From the IMG/VR virus record IMGVR_UViG_3300044796_000394: a stretch of 64,000 nucleotides of DNA; one strand, given 5' to 3'. A program made the translations under genes and the position numbers. Source of the DNA: a virus. Taxonomy: Duplodnaviria; Heunggongvirae; Uroviricota; Caudoviricetes. The notes under the pieces were generated by a model. That model had not been told where the DNA came from and did no database searches. It was given only the letters and a program-made list of their open reading frames with translations. This document shows, one piece after another, positions 35,148-45,425 of this stretch. The first letter of the stretch is position 1. Every line of letters starts with the position of its first letter.

Positions 35148-37058
35148 TTACTCAACTGCGTTCTTAGGATCAACCAACTGCTTAGGGATCAAAGCCTTTG
35201 GCACGTATGGGTTTTGGAGACCCGGCCACGTATCGCCTGAGCCATTGCCCCATTGATCGTCGTCTGCTACGCTTTCGGCACCCTTCATAACGTAATCGCC
35301 GTAAGGCTTTGGAACGTTCGGGTTTTCGAGTGATGGCCATACATCCTTGCCACCCTTGTTACCCCAACTTCTGTTGCGGGCTTCTTCGGAATTAGCGTGG
35401 CTGTACTTCATTTTCTCTTGGCCGATTTGAGGAGCTGGATCGTCCCAATCACCGGGGAACTTGCTAGGAATACCATCAACCTTAGCGTTGGTAGCCATTT
35501 GAGGGTGATCACCGACTACCGTATCATGTGGGGTCTTAACCACAGTCCAAGTATCGCTTGCACCCGGCAAGTTGGCTTCTACAACATTTCTCAACCAGTC
35601 AGCAACTTCAACTGCGAATTCTACTGAACCAGCAGCCTTGCCACCGAGTACCAATTCCAATTCTGATACAATTTCGCTGGCTTCCGAACGAACTTCATCG
35701 TTGCGGCTTTCCAATGCGATCTTGCGAACATCGAGGACGGCATTGTAAAGGTCTTCGTAAACCTTCATTTCCGTAGCAATTGATTCATCCAGTGAAGGGA
35801 AGTAGTTGCCCATAGCCGATTGGAAATCCACGAAAGCGTCTTTGCTTTCTACTGGAGTCACATTGGCGAGAGTGTAAAGTTTTTCTACTCGTTCGCTATA
35901 AGCGTGGTGAGCAGTTCTCAAAATACCTTCTGCCATGAAGCTACAAGTATTGTCGTCAAAGTTAACAACACCGGCGTTTTCCAAAGCCGTTCCGATTGTC
36001 TTGGCCAACTCTTGTTGAGTCAAGAAAAGAACGCTTGGGAAGTTTTGAACAACGCTACCCAAAGTATCTTCGAGGGCAGCAGTGTCAGACAGATTGTTGT
36101 GTCTCTTGAGTTCTGAAACAGCCTTTGCGAAACCTGCGTCATTAGCCAAACGCAAACCAGCTTCACGCATAACCTTCGGGCTATCTTGCTTGATCATCTT
36201 GTCAAAGTGCATCTTGATGAGCTTGGCTTCATTGCGAGCCTTGGTCGTTGGGATGCTAACAGAGGTCAAGTTGCCCTTGGCGTCTTGGCGAGTAATTGAT
36301 TCACTCAATACATAACCATTTTCAACAATGTCAGCGTATTGGAATACGTTTTCGGTCAAGGTCAACCACTCGTTGAGATGCTTCTTGCCACGACCGTATT
36401 GCTTGCCACCGCTCAAAGCGTGAAGGCGGCTATAAGAATGGCTGTTAACCTTACGACGGGATCGTTCGGAAGCCAATTGTGAATGACGCTTCTTTCCACC
36501 AGCCTTGTAAGATGCACCGTGAAGTCTGTGAGCCTTCTTAGCTGCTGCTGACTTCTTAGGATCTTTAGCACCCTTGCGAACGAAAACCTTCGGGCCATTG
36601 TGGCCACGGGTTCCATACAAGCGAACGTGTGCTTCATCAAGAGGATCAGCTTCTGAAGGAACAAGAGTGCCTTCACGCTTGTACTTGTCGGAAGCCAATT
36701 CCATGTATTTTTCAAGTAAGCCAGCTGCATTCGCATCTTTATCTTCGAGAATGGCTGACAAGAGATCGTTAACAACTTCACGACGCTTGCTGTTGGCAGA
36801 AGCTTCGTCAATAACGAGTTCTTCAATGTTATCGAAGGTAATTCTTTCGCCTTCGACTCTATAATCCGAACGAAGGAAAGTTCCATCGCCCTTTTGGTAA
36901 ATGACATTTTGATCGTTAACTGATTCCAGAACCAGCGACTCAACACCCAAGGTGCGTGCCAAATGGTCTTGAGCCTCGATCAACTCGTTCACAACCGTTG
37001 ACAGAGAATCCTCTTTCATCGTCTCGAAATCTTTGTAATCTACAAGCTTTCTTTTCAT
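35148..37058 (-). CDS. head-module structural/core protein
   Basis: Between portal and protease; AGGAG SD; many L/I-x-E candidate gp21 sites; basic central tract; C-terminal WPxLxNPxVPK repeat. Confidence 0.65.
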   Translation of the reverse strand: MKRKLVDYKDFETMKEDSLSTVVNELIEAQDHLARTLGVESLVLESVNDQNVIYQKGDGTFLRSDYRVEGERITFDNIEELVIDEASANSKRREVVNDLLSAILEDKDANAAGLLEKYMELASDKYKREGTLVPSEADPLDEAHVRLYGTRGHNGPKVFVRKGAKDPKKSAAAKKAHRLHGASYKAGGKKRHSQLASERSRRKVNSHSYSRLHALSGGKQYGRGKKHLNEWLTLTENVFQYADIVENGYVLSESITRQDAKGNLTSVSIPTTKARNEAKLIKMHFDKMIKQDSPKVMREAGLRLANDAGFAKAVSELKRHNNLSDTAALEDTLGSVVQNFPSVLFLTQQELAKTIGTALENAGVVNFDDNTCSFMAEGILRTAHHAYSERVEKLYTLANVTPVESKDAFVDFQSAMGNYFPSLDESIATEMKVYEDLYNAVLDVRKIALESRNDEVRSEASEIVSELELVLGGKAAGSVEFAVEVADWLRNVVEANLPGASDTWTVVKTPHDTVVGDHPQMATNAKVDGIPSKFPGDWDDPAPQIGQEKMKYSHANSEEARNRSWGNKGGKDVWPSLENPNVPKPYGDYVMKGAESVADDDQWGNGSGDTWPGLQNPYVPKALIPKQLVDPKNAVE

Positions 37059-37173
37059 CTGATAACTCCTAAACGCTTGGCCGACAAGGTCGCTACTAAA
37101 TCCCCTGCGGAGTGTACGAACTTATCATATATACACCCTCAGCTAATTTTTTGCTTTAAATCTAAATATCATT

Positions 37174-37530
37174 ATGACAAACTTAAAACGAGCGGGATTG
37201 TTAACCCTTAATCAATTTCGAGAAACAGCACTCGGCGATATGAAGGGTGAGATAAGTAGTGACACTAACAAAGAAGTTGCAGACGAAATCCTTGAATTAC
37301 TCAAAGATTTTGATGAAAATTTTCGTATTCTTTTTGTATCTACCATTCACGAAGGTCGTAAACAACAATCCTTTTTAGATGCGTTGAAGAAAATGACCAG
37401 TCTGCTCAAAACTTTAAAGCAATTGCCAGACGAACGCAAAAAAGATGGTGAAAAAGATCCGTTGTCTAATACGGTAGCTAGACCACACGATGGCCCAGAC
37501 GGTCCCGATGGCGCAGGTAATGGTGGTTAA
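37174..37530 (+). CDS. putative internal head protein
   Basis: TAAATA 5 nt upstream; LTLNQFRE leader variant. Confidence 0.55.
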   Translation: MTNLKRAGLLTLNQFRETALGDMKGEISSDTNKEVADEILELLKDFDENFRILFVSTIHEGRKQQSFLDALKKMTSLLKTLKQLPDERKKDGEKDPLSNTVARPHDGPDGPDGAGNGG

Positions 37531-37548
37531 TCTCTAATTGGACTGGTA

Positions 37549-39003
37549 ATGAAAAATTTTAACGAATGGGTTTTACTAGAAGCCGAAACTACTCCGCAAG
37601 GCAAAGTACAAAGTGTTGAAGAATATTTGACAAAGTCTTGGCATCCATTAATTGCACAAGGTAATTACCTAGTTTACATCCCCGATGTTCACTATCGCCC
37701 AGACCTCCAAAACGCTGGTCCAAAAGATAGTAGTGGTGGAACAGGGCGACGAGATATAAGTGCCTACAATCACGATCAAAGAGGAACAACCCTTTTTGGT
37801 TTGGCCGAATTTCTGAACAATGGTTTTAAGATCATCGAAGGCGAAATGGTTCATATCTCAAACCATTCGGTTTTACTTGTAAGTATCGACCCCAAATCTA
37901 ATATTCAATTTCTGGACGCCAAAAACGATCAAACGAACCCTTGGCGTTGGATTACTGAAAGATTGTCTGATTACAAGCATTATGCTAAATCTCTCAAATT
38001 GTCACCTGAGCAACACAAAGACTTGGCTTATGATATGGCGGAAGTTGAAAAAGAAATTATGTCGTGGTACAAACAAGGAACATATCCTAACGGCAGAGTA
38101 GCAGATGATAGAAAAATGCCACCAACAGATTTTCGGTTAAAGAAAATGCTTTGGCTTATTAATGTTCAAATTCCTAGCATCATTGGACATTATTCTGACA
38201 ATAAACATAAAGTCAACATACCAAAATATAATACGTATTATGATGACCGGGGATCACCGTGGTCACGCAATATCCCTGCTAGAAAAGTCGATGTAGACGT
38301 TATCAGTCATTCGGGGCCATTGTCTACGACCAAATGGGCTATCGCCTTCAACCCAAAGGCTATGCGAAAAGTTGACTCGGTTGTACTTCCAAGTTCGTTC
38401 AGCGGATTGAAAAAAACTAATGCCGATCCGGTTACAGGAAAACAAAATCTAATTGTCCAATCACCGCAAAGTAAGCAATATCTTGGCTTTGATGCCAAGA
38501 TTAACAAGGGACTTCAAGAAATTACTGAGTTGATTAACAATATGTTGGAATGGGATGAAAGAATAACAGATGTTCAAGGCGGTATTAGAACGAAGAAAGA
38601 CGTTATTAGTAAACTCAAGAAAGTTGGTGATTTAGCTACTTCGTTGGCAAGATCACAGCCTAATGAAGTGGAAGAATTAGAAAAGAGATTCCAACACATT
38701 CTTGATCAAATTGATAATGAAGCCGTGTACAATGATACCGAAGATGATTATGGTGAGTTCACACAGCATCTTAACGATGAATGCCGTGAAGAATTACGTC
38801 CTCATTTCAACAGACAAATTGGTGTTCGGAGAAAAGACATTGCTCCCGAAGAAGACGACGCCTTTGAAGATGCCATTGAAAAATGTATGGATGCCAAACG
38901 GCAAGAATACGAAGATGATAGTGATAGAAAGCATTGGGGAGACATAGTAAATGCGTTTCGCAAAGTCATCCAGAATATCCAATCTCTCAAGACATCGCAA
39001 TAG
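37549..39003 (+). CDS. putative internal head (ejected) protein
   Basis: Leader MKNFNEWVLLE; 484 aa. Confidence 0.65.
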   Translation: MKNFNEWVLLEAETTPQGKVQSVEEYLTKSWHPLIAQGNYLVYIPDVHYRPDLQNAGPKDSSGGTGRRDISAYNHDQRGTTLFGLAEFLNNGFKIIEGEMVHISNHSVLLVSIDPKSNIQFLDAKNDQTNPWRWITERLSDYKHYAKSLKLSPEQHKDLAYDMAEVEKEIMSWYKQGTYPNGRVADDRKMPPTDFRLKKMLWLINVQIPSIIGHYSDNKHKVNIPKYNTYYDDRGSPWSRNIPARKVDVDVISHSGPLSTTKWAIAFNPKAMRKVDSVVLPSSFSGLKKTNADPVTGKQNLIVQSPQSKQYLGFDAKINKGLQEITELINNMLEWDERITDVQGGIRTKKDVISKLKKVGDLATSLARSQPNEVEELEKRFQHILDQIDNEAVYNDTEDDYGEFTQHLNDECREELRPHFNRQIGVRRKDIAPEEDDAFEDAIEKCMDAKRQEYEDDSDRKHWGDIVNAFRKVIQNIQSLKTSQ

Positions 39004-39661
39004 TATCGTAGTCGTTATCAACAGCCCATTGTGCTAAATCATGAAGGGCTTTGATGTTTCTCTGAATTCTTTCCTTGTCCACACCGCCGAAATGTACATC
39101 GGCCTTCCCCGGCTTTTTATCAACCTTGGCAGGCTCAACAGCCTTATCAATCTGGAAATCATTAATGGATTGAATCTTCCACAACAATTCTCTTGATTGA
39201 AGTGACTGTACCCCTCGCATACCCATTAATTGCAACACCAAATCAGCCATGTCGTTGCTCATGTTAACTTCCGGTGCCCGATTCTGACTATCCGGAATTT
39301 CTACATCAATACGATAAACGACATCGGGATGGAACGTTCCGCTTTGTTCCTTGCGGAATTTCCCATGTTTAACACCCATTTCCCCAATGGCATAAACAGC
39401 ACCATTGACAATTTTAGCCCACTCTGTTTCAGGCACGCCAGTAGGGTACAGGTTCATAGTACCTTTTTTCAAATGAGTATTCAAACCATCAATGGTAAAA
39501 ATACCTTCGGGATTGGTAGCTTTTTGACTCAAAGGTGCGTGTTGGTGAAGCCAAGCACGCACCTTATAGCCAAGGTCGGCGATGTCCTTAACATCGCTTG
39601 CCTCATATCCCTCTGGTTCAAACGTTACGCTTTCCGTTAACCACTTTTTGAAATTATTCAC
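38987..39661 (-). CDS. putative internal head protein
   Basis: Leader (M)NNFKKWLTE; overlaps portal stop. Confidence 0.65.
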   Translation of the reverse strand: MNNFKKWLTESVTFEPEGYEASDVKDIADLGYKVRAWLHQHAPLSQKATNPEGIFTIDGLNTHLKKGTMNLYPTGVPETEWAKIVNGAVYAIGEMGVKHGKFRKEQSGTFHPDVVYRIDVEIPDSQNRAPEVNMSNDMADLVLQLMGMRGVQSLQSRELLWKIQSINDFQIDKAVEPAKVDKKPGKADVHFGGVDKERIQRNIKALHDLAQWAVDNDYDTIAMS

Positions 39662-42194
39662 CTTCTACCTCGCTGGCATCAATTTCTTCGTCGTCAATTC
39701 CTTGCGACAAATCGTAAATTTCCAAATCGTACATCTTCAACTCATCGTCAGTTGGATCAGGCAATTCTACTACTTCAGGCTTCTCTGGTTGACCGTACGT
39801 GTCTTGTGCTTCGGCTCCAGGCTGTTGATCGCCCCCCGCATCCATTTCGCCACCTGTAGGCGGTTGATCTGGAGGCGGTTGCTGCCCGCTCATATCATTT
39901 GGTACTGGCCCGCCTGCTTGTGATCCCAATTCATTGCCCGGTGCTTGCGGCATAGCCACACCCAACAATTGAGGATTTTGACTCATTACTTGCAGCTTCA
40001 GTTCTTGCAGCTTCTGAATCATTGAACGAGCGACTTTTTCCTTCGCCTTTTCCAACGGTTCGTGCATAACATCCGTCAACAAGTCCAAGTCAGAATAAAC
40101 CATCGTACCCTTCAAGGTGGAAAGACGGTTAACACGGGCATCCTTGATTTCGTTTTCTGAGATTTCACGGTAGTGAGATGGAGCAGTCATCTTGATCTGC
40201 AAATCATCAAACAAATCACTTGGATAGCCACGCAATTGTAAGTGTCGAATAGCAACCTGAACCAGTCCACTCGCAACGTTTCTTTGTAGCCTCTCAACCA
40301 ATCTCGCAAACTTAACATCAACACTGGATAACGTCACTTTGGTGATTGAAGGATCGTCTTGTGCCATGTAGTTTCTTGGGAAACACATTGAGATAAACAA
40401 CTTGTTTCTGAAGTACAAGGCATCGTCAATTTCGCCTAAGTTTTGGGCACCGGGCAATGTTTCAACCCGTGTATTAGAATTCGGACGCAATGGAATCCAG
40501 AAGTCTTCATCGGCTGTCGGTGGCGTATTTCTTTCATCAACTGGCCCTGCACCCGACTGACCACCCTTAGAAGTAAATACCTTTTTCTTACGGAATTGAT
40601 CTTTCAATCGTTCCATGAAAGCTTCAGTTTTGAACGATGATAATTGACCAACATCGATGTAAAAGACCCGTCTTTCCGGCGCACGTGAAAGACGATAGAT
40701 TAACATACTATCTTCCATCAACTTCAATTGGTGCGCTGGGCCACGTGCTGCTTCAATCAAACTCACTCCATAAGGGAAAAACGTCTTGCGATTTCCGCCA
40801 ATACTAAAGTGTACGATAGATTGAGGTTGGAATCTGATAGCCGTTGCCTGCATCAATTCCGCTTCTGTAGCCTTCGTTACGTCAACCTTAGCTAAACTCT
40901 GATAATCAGGCCCATCTTTGGCTTGTTGGAATTCAATAGTCTTGCCTTTGATCGTATCAATACGATAAATACTTTCAGGTGGAAGTACTTGTACTTTCAA
41001 AATACCTAACTTGGGTTCATCGGAATCAATGACGAGTTCAATGAAGTGATCGCCATAAAGGAACAAGTCCCGGCACCAGCTCCAAATATTTTCGTCAAGG
41101 TTAATCATCGTCGGATGAAAAAAGAGGAATTCCAATTCTTCTTTGATGTCCGGATTTTTGCAGATGATATCGAGCATGTGCCCGTTCTCACCGATCTGGC
41201 AATTATGAAATACGCCGATGTCAGTACAGAAATTTTCGTGCTGATCTACGGAAAGATCGTAAACGTCCTCTTCGGCACCTTCCCAAGTAGCCAATACGGT
41301 TACGTAATCGGGAATCTCGCCTAAATGCTGGCATTCACGATAGCAAAAACCTTCGTATCTCAATCTTTCGGAAAGGGTATCCCAATCCTTACCGAAGAAC
41401 TCAGCGACTTGTTTGGTTTTCAATCCACCGGCAATGGATCTAACAATCTTGTATAGATTTTCTTTTTGTGTTTCGCCGGTACGCCATTCTTCAATGAAAT
41501 CACGTTCCGTCATCCAGCCTTTGTTATGGGTGAAAATACGTGGGAATTGTTTGCGTTTGGCACAAGCAAAAGTTTTTTCTGGCCGTTTGCGGTAGAAAGG
41601 CATCATACGATCACCCTTCTTTAACTGCCCCGCTTCAATCCATTCACCATTTCTCAACAAAACCCTATGGTCAGCAGTACAGCGGAATTGCGCACCGTCT
41701 GAAACGGTTACAACAACAGTTTTAGACTTCTTGACAATGCGTGGATGATGTGCCCAACCGAGTGTGTAATCTTGCTTGCCAAAATCGTAACAATATACGA
41801 GGAACTTTTCCCCTGTCATCTTGCGGGCAGCGAGGTCTTTAATTTCAATAAAGCCGAATGGAGTAGCAACTTTGGTATGTCCAGCAACGCAGGCTTCGTC
41901 AGCGAAAATCGTAATAGCATTTTCAATTTCGGGTACTGTTCTTAATCTTTCGTATTCTTTATATCGGCTTTGACGGTTTGTTACGCTGGATAAATCGATG
42001 AAGTCATTGCTGTCACGAAGCCTTACAACACCCCTACTACCACCAAAATATTCACCACTTTGACGAATGTCTTGAATGGCGTCTGGAACGGTAACGCCCG
42101 CACCTTCAATATCGTGAGTTACTTCACGCCGACGGATGGGATCAAGCTCACCTTGAAACTGCCATACCTTGTACAAATCACTCCAAAACGGCAT
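39654..42194 (-). CDS. gp20: portal protein, T4 gp20-like, intein-containing
   Basis: PEIENAI, QLKLMEDSMLIYRLSRAPERRVFYIDVG, EDFWIP, TLPGAQNLGEIDD. Confidence 0.95.
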   Translation of the reverse strand: MPFWSDLYKVWQFQGELDPIRRREVTHDIEGAGVTVPDAIQDIRQSGEYFGGSRGVVRLRDSNDFIDLSSVTNRQSRYKEYERLRTVPEIENAITIFADEACVAGHTKVATPFGFIEIKDLAARKMTGEKFLVYCYDFGKQDYTLGWAHHPRIVKKSKTVVVTVSDGAQFRCTADHRVLLRNGEWIEAGQLKKGDRMMPFYRKRPEKTFACAKRKQFPRIFTHNKGWMTERDFIEEWRTGETQKENLYKIVRSIAGGLKTKQVAEFFGKDWDTLSERLRYEGFCYRECQHLGEIPDYVTVLATWEGAEEDVYDLSVDQHENFCTDIGVFHNCQIGENGHMLDIICKNPDIKEELEFLFFHPTMINLDENIWSWCRDLFLYGDHFIELVIDSDEPKLGILKVQVLPPESIYRIDTIKGKTIEFQQAKDGPDYQSLAKVDVTKATEAELMQATAIRFQPQSIVHFSIGGNRKTFFPYGVSLIEAARGPAHQLKLMEDSMLIYRLSRAPERRVFYIDVGQLSSFKTEAFMERLKDQFRKKKVFTSKGGQSGAGPVDERNTPPTADEDFWIPLRPNSNTRVETLPGAQNLGEIDDALYFRNKLFISMCFPRNYMAQDDPSITKVTLSSVDVKFARLVERLQRNVASGLVQVAIRHLQLRGYPSDLFDDLQIKMTAPSHYREISENEIKDARVNRLSTLKGTMVYSDLDLLTDVMHEPLEKAKEKVARSMIQKLQELKLQVMSQNPQLLGVAMPQAPGNELGSQAGGPVPNDMSGQQPPPDQPPTGGEMDAGGDQQPGAEAQDTYGQPEKPEVVELPDPTDDELKMYDLEIYDLSQGIDDEEIDASEVEGE
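41202..41891 (-). mobile_element. intein (230 aa) in portal protein
   Basis: ADEA|CVAGHTKV block A, CTADHRVL block B, VYDLSV...GVFHN|C terminal blocks. Confidence 0.92.
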
Positions 42195-42311
42195 ATTCTT
42201 TACTCTCTTATTATGCTTTCAATGCTATCATAGTTAACTTTCTTCAATTGGCAGAAAGACTATGTTTCAAATATATAGCTCAAAAAGACGAAACCATCAG
42301 ACCTATTATCG

Positions 42312-42761
42312 ATGAAATACATTTTAATTCACACCCACCACGGCTCCCCTTACGATGTTTTGGTGGAATATTTCAGCAAAGTTCCCGGTGTTTGGGCGGG
42401 GGAAACCGGCAAAAACTATAAACAAGTTAAAGATTTGACCGATCTTCAAAATATGGACAAGCGTGCCATCAAGTTCGTTGATGTCATCTTAGAAAACAAG
42501 CAAATCCAATCTCCGGTGATCGAAAAATTGACGCTCAACATCTTTCTGATGGGTAACGAAGTGGGATCGCAAGACTATTTACGGTTCAGGCTGAGAAGAA
42601 TGTACGAGATTTGGCGAAGGAATGGGGGAATAGTTTTAGGCCCAACCATCGATGAATGGGCAAAGATCGAGAATTTGTACGATAGAAAAATTGACAAAGT
42701 GGAATTGAAGAATAGCGAAATCATTGACAAGTACTTATCAAAATTTCTACTACATATGTGA
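42312..42761 (+). CDS. hypothetical protein
   Basis: 149-aa ORF divergent from portal. Confidence 0.6.
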   Translation: MKYILIHTHHGSPYDVLVEYFSKVPGVWAGETGKNYKQVKDLTDLQNMDKRAIKFVDVILENKQIQSPVIEKLTLNIFLMGNEVGSQDYLRFRLRRMYEIWRRNGGIVLGPTIDEWAKIENLYDRKIDKVELKNSEIIDKYLSKFLLHM

Positions 42762-42991
42762 TGGAAAGTTTCAAAAATTGGATGGAAGGTGAATACGGCA
42801 CTTCGGCTTATGGGTTTGTTGGGGCTTGGGCCTCTTCTTCTGGGAACTCTAACCCACAAGGGGCGAATGACGAAACATTTGCCAAGCAGGGTGTTAAATC
42901 AAACTACACAGCAGTGGATATGCAAAAAAAATTGCCGCCGAAAAATCGGCGGCAACCATTAGGCAACATTAGTGCCCGAATTGGCGTTTGA
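42761..42991 (+). CDS. small putative internal head protein
   Basis: Leader MESFKNWME; TACATA 4 nt upstream. Confidence 0.6.
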   Translation: MESFKNWMEGEYGTSAYGFVGAWASSSGNSNPQGANDETFAKQGVKSNYTAVDMQKKLPPKNRRQPLGNISARIGV

Positions 42992-43217
42992 TAGCATCTT
43001 GCTGTAGCCTTTGAATTCTGCGTCTTTCAGCAGAAGGATCTAAGGTTGGTCGTGGTAGCGAAAGATTGGAGTCATTCGGTGCCATGCTAAATGGTGGTTG
43101 AACAATTCCCGGTGGTGGCGCAACAAATGGCCTACGAGGGGCTTGTAAATTCGCTCTAGCCCGTTGTTGTTGTTGGCGAAAATTGTTGTTCCCGCCGCTT
43201 CGACAGCTACATCCCAT
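42969..43217 (-). CDS. small protein with MGCSCR N-terminus
   Basis: AGGAGG SD; 82 aa. Confidence 0.6.
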   Translation of the reverse strand: MGCSCRSGGNNNFRQQQQRARANLQAPRRPFVAPPPGIVQPPFSMAPNDSNLSLPRPTLDPSAERRRIQRLQQDAIKRQFGH

Positions 43218-43238
43218 AAATAATACCTCCTGTATTAT

Positions 43239-44330
43239 TTAGTAGCAACTCGTTATCTTCGCTTTTGCTTTACTTGCTTCCATCAAATGGGATGATACAA
43301 ATCTCTTTAACACATCGCTAGGGATTGCTTTATTCAGATTGTTGTCATGTGGAATGCCACAACCATACAGAGTAGGACATAGAACTTTTTGCCCGACAGG
43401 TCGCTTGCGATGATGAAGGAAATCAATAATCGCTTCCTTAAACTTGTCAAAAAAGGCAGCGGGCGATGAGTCTTTCACGTTATCGTAAAGCCCAAACGCT
43501 GCGATTTGTTGTACAACGGTATCCAGAACGAATTCTACCGGTACTCGCCGCTTTCCTGTCCCAACACGACTGAAATCAATGAACCATGAGTAGGTATCGG
43601 GGTCGTAGTGGAATAAGGGGTTCTGTTGTCCAAGTTTGACATGTAAATCAATGTACCCTTGCAGGTCAACTAAATGCATGTGTCCCTTGGCCAAATAGAA
43701 GCAATGATAGTAATACCCAATCAAACTGCGGTAAGTTAATATCAAAGTATTCCGCTGACGGCGGGGACGATACAATTCGTTTCTCAGACAATTCGTGCAG
43801 AAGATTTGACCAACCGGAACCACACTCTTATTGAAGGCGGTAATGGACTTGGACAAAATCGTATTCTTTTCACAGCAATTACAAACGCAAGCAACACGGG
43901 TACCAATGGCCAAATCATCATCCCCCGAAAAATTAGTGATTGTCACTTTCTTGATTTCGGGCTTGGTGGCATTCGGCATTCCTACAACTGCCGGAGGCGT
44001 TGTGGGATAAGAACGTGTTCTTGAACTAACACTAGATGTTGTTGAAGTTGTTGAAACATCAAAATTGGGCATCCCCGGATCAATTAACTTTATCGTCTCT
44101 TTGGCAGCATCGGAGAAAGCTTTATTACTTCCTTTCACCAAATCATGCAGGTGCATTAAGATGCCCCACGCTGCCCGTCCCACTTTGCCACATGCTTTTA
44201 TGCAAGTGATGCGATAGGACTCAGTGTATTGAGGATTGGCAATGTCTTCATACAACTCTGAAAGAGTCATATCGCCCTCAACATCGGGGCATACGACATT
44301 AGTGCCATTCGCAAGTAGTACTTGTCCCAT
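43239..44330 (-). CDS. hypothetical protein with Cys-cluster (zinc-binding)
   Basis: CVCNCC...CTNC; 363 aa. Confidence 0.7.
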   Translation of the reverse strand: MGQVLLANGTNVVCPDVEGDMTLSELYEDIANPQYTESYRITCIKACGKVGRAAWGILMHLHDLVKGSNKAFSDAAKETIKLIDPGMPNFDVSTTSTTSSVSSRTRSYPTTPPAVVGMPNATKPEIKKVTITNFSGDDDLAIGTRVACVCNCCEKNTILSKSITAFNKSVVPVGQIFCTNCLRNELYRPRRQRNTLILTYRSLIGYYYHCFYLAKGHMHLVDLQGYIDLHVKLGQQNPLFHYDPDTYSWFIDFSRVGTGKRRVPVEFVLDTVVQQIAAFGLYDNVKDSSPAAFFDKFKEAIIDFLHHRKRPVGQKVLCPTLYGCGIPHDNNLNKAIPSDVLKRFVSSHLMEASKAKAKITSCY

Positions 44331-44427
44331 AGGATTGTAACCCGTTCATTAAATCAATGCAGGGAATTTTTGTCGGATACTCATATATAACTCAAGCGAT
44401 AGTGATTATCTATAGGAGTTTAATACA

Positions 44428-44637
44428 ATGAGAGACTTTCACGACTGGATGAAAGATAACGGCAAGAAGATTGAAATCAGTGAAGGTAGTGCGAAACGTG
44501 CTGGTGTACGAGCACATGCTTATCCTCCTGCTTACAATCGGGCACAATACGCAGGTGTCAAAAATGACAACCCTGCCGCTTTGACGCCAACGGCTGCTGA
44601 TGCTGCCTATTACTTGACCAATAAAGACGCCGACTAA
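44428..44637 (+). CDS. small putative internal head protein
   Basis: AGGAG SD; leader MRDFHDWM; YPP...QY motif. Confidence 0.65.
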   Translation: MRDFHDWMKDNGKKIEISEGSAKRAGVRAHAYPPAYNRAQYAGVKNDNPAALTPTAADAAYYLTNKDAD

Positions 44638-44655
44638 ATTTTAGTAAGTTAAACT

Positions 44656-44681
44656 AAGCCCCCGGTTTTTCCGGGGGTTTT
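44656..44681. terminator. intrinsic terminator
   Basis: CCCCGG/CCGGGG hairpin followed by T tract between convergent genes. Confidence 0.7.
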
Positions 44682-44686
44682 CGTTT

Positions 44687-45421
44687 TTACACAAGTTCGT
44701 GAAACCAAGTTCTCACAAACTTAAACTTTTTCACGGCCCATCCAGCTTTTGTCAAATCAAATTTTTCATCTGGCTTGCAAACGTATTCTTCATTTTGCTC
44801 GGCGTAACCCAACTGCCATACGTGATCTTCGGGCATTTCAATTACAACACTTTCCTTGAAATACTCCAATGCCACTTTCATCGGCAAATTCTCAATCGCC
44901 TCACGCCACATTTGAGGCTTGGAAACAAAGAAAATTTGATTGAGTGTCCTGCGTTCATCAATAACGTAAATTGGAACTTGGCTTTGCATTAAGTATAGAA
45001 CCGCTTCGGACTTTCCTGAGTCTTCTTCTGCGATTGCTACACTGATGGGTTTAGAGCAATAGTTAATGGGCGTTGAATAATCAAAACCTGCCGTGTATTC
45101 CTTACTGACTGCCATATTGTAGATGGTTTCAGTAATATTTTGACCGCTGAATTTTGGGTGTGGAAATGCCAAATCTCCCTTAAAACAGACAGATACTTTT
45201 TTTGAAACATCTACGCCGTGCTCTACAAAACCAGAATGTGGCGGTTGATCATTTTCAGTTGCCGACTGTCTTAATTTCGTCAGGATTTGTTCACTCACTG
45301 CTGGATTACGACTTTGACCGACACAACCAGAAAAACCCGCATTCAAACTCACATACTTCATACTGTGCACCTTAAAGCAAAAAAGAGGCCGTTTGGCCCC
45401 TTTATTACTACGAGATGTCAT
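44687..45421 (-). CDS. hypothetical protein
   Basis: 244-aa ORF directly downstream of 45426..46001. Confidence 0.6.
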   Translation of the reverse strand: MTSRSNKGAKRPLFCFKVHSMKYVSLNAGFSGCVGQSRNPAVSEQILTKLRQSATENDQPPHSGFVEHGVDVSKKVSVCFKGDLAFPHPKFSGQNITETIYNMAVSKEYTAGFDYSTPINYCSKPISVAIAEEDSGKSEAVLYLMQSQVPIYVIDERRTLNQIFFVSKPQMWREAIENLPMKVALEYFKESVVIEMPEDHVWQLGYAEQNEEYVCKPDEKFDLTKAGWAVKKFKFVRTWFHELV

Positions 45422-45425
45422 TCAG

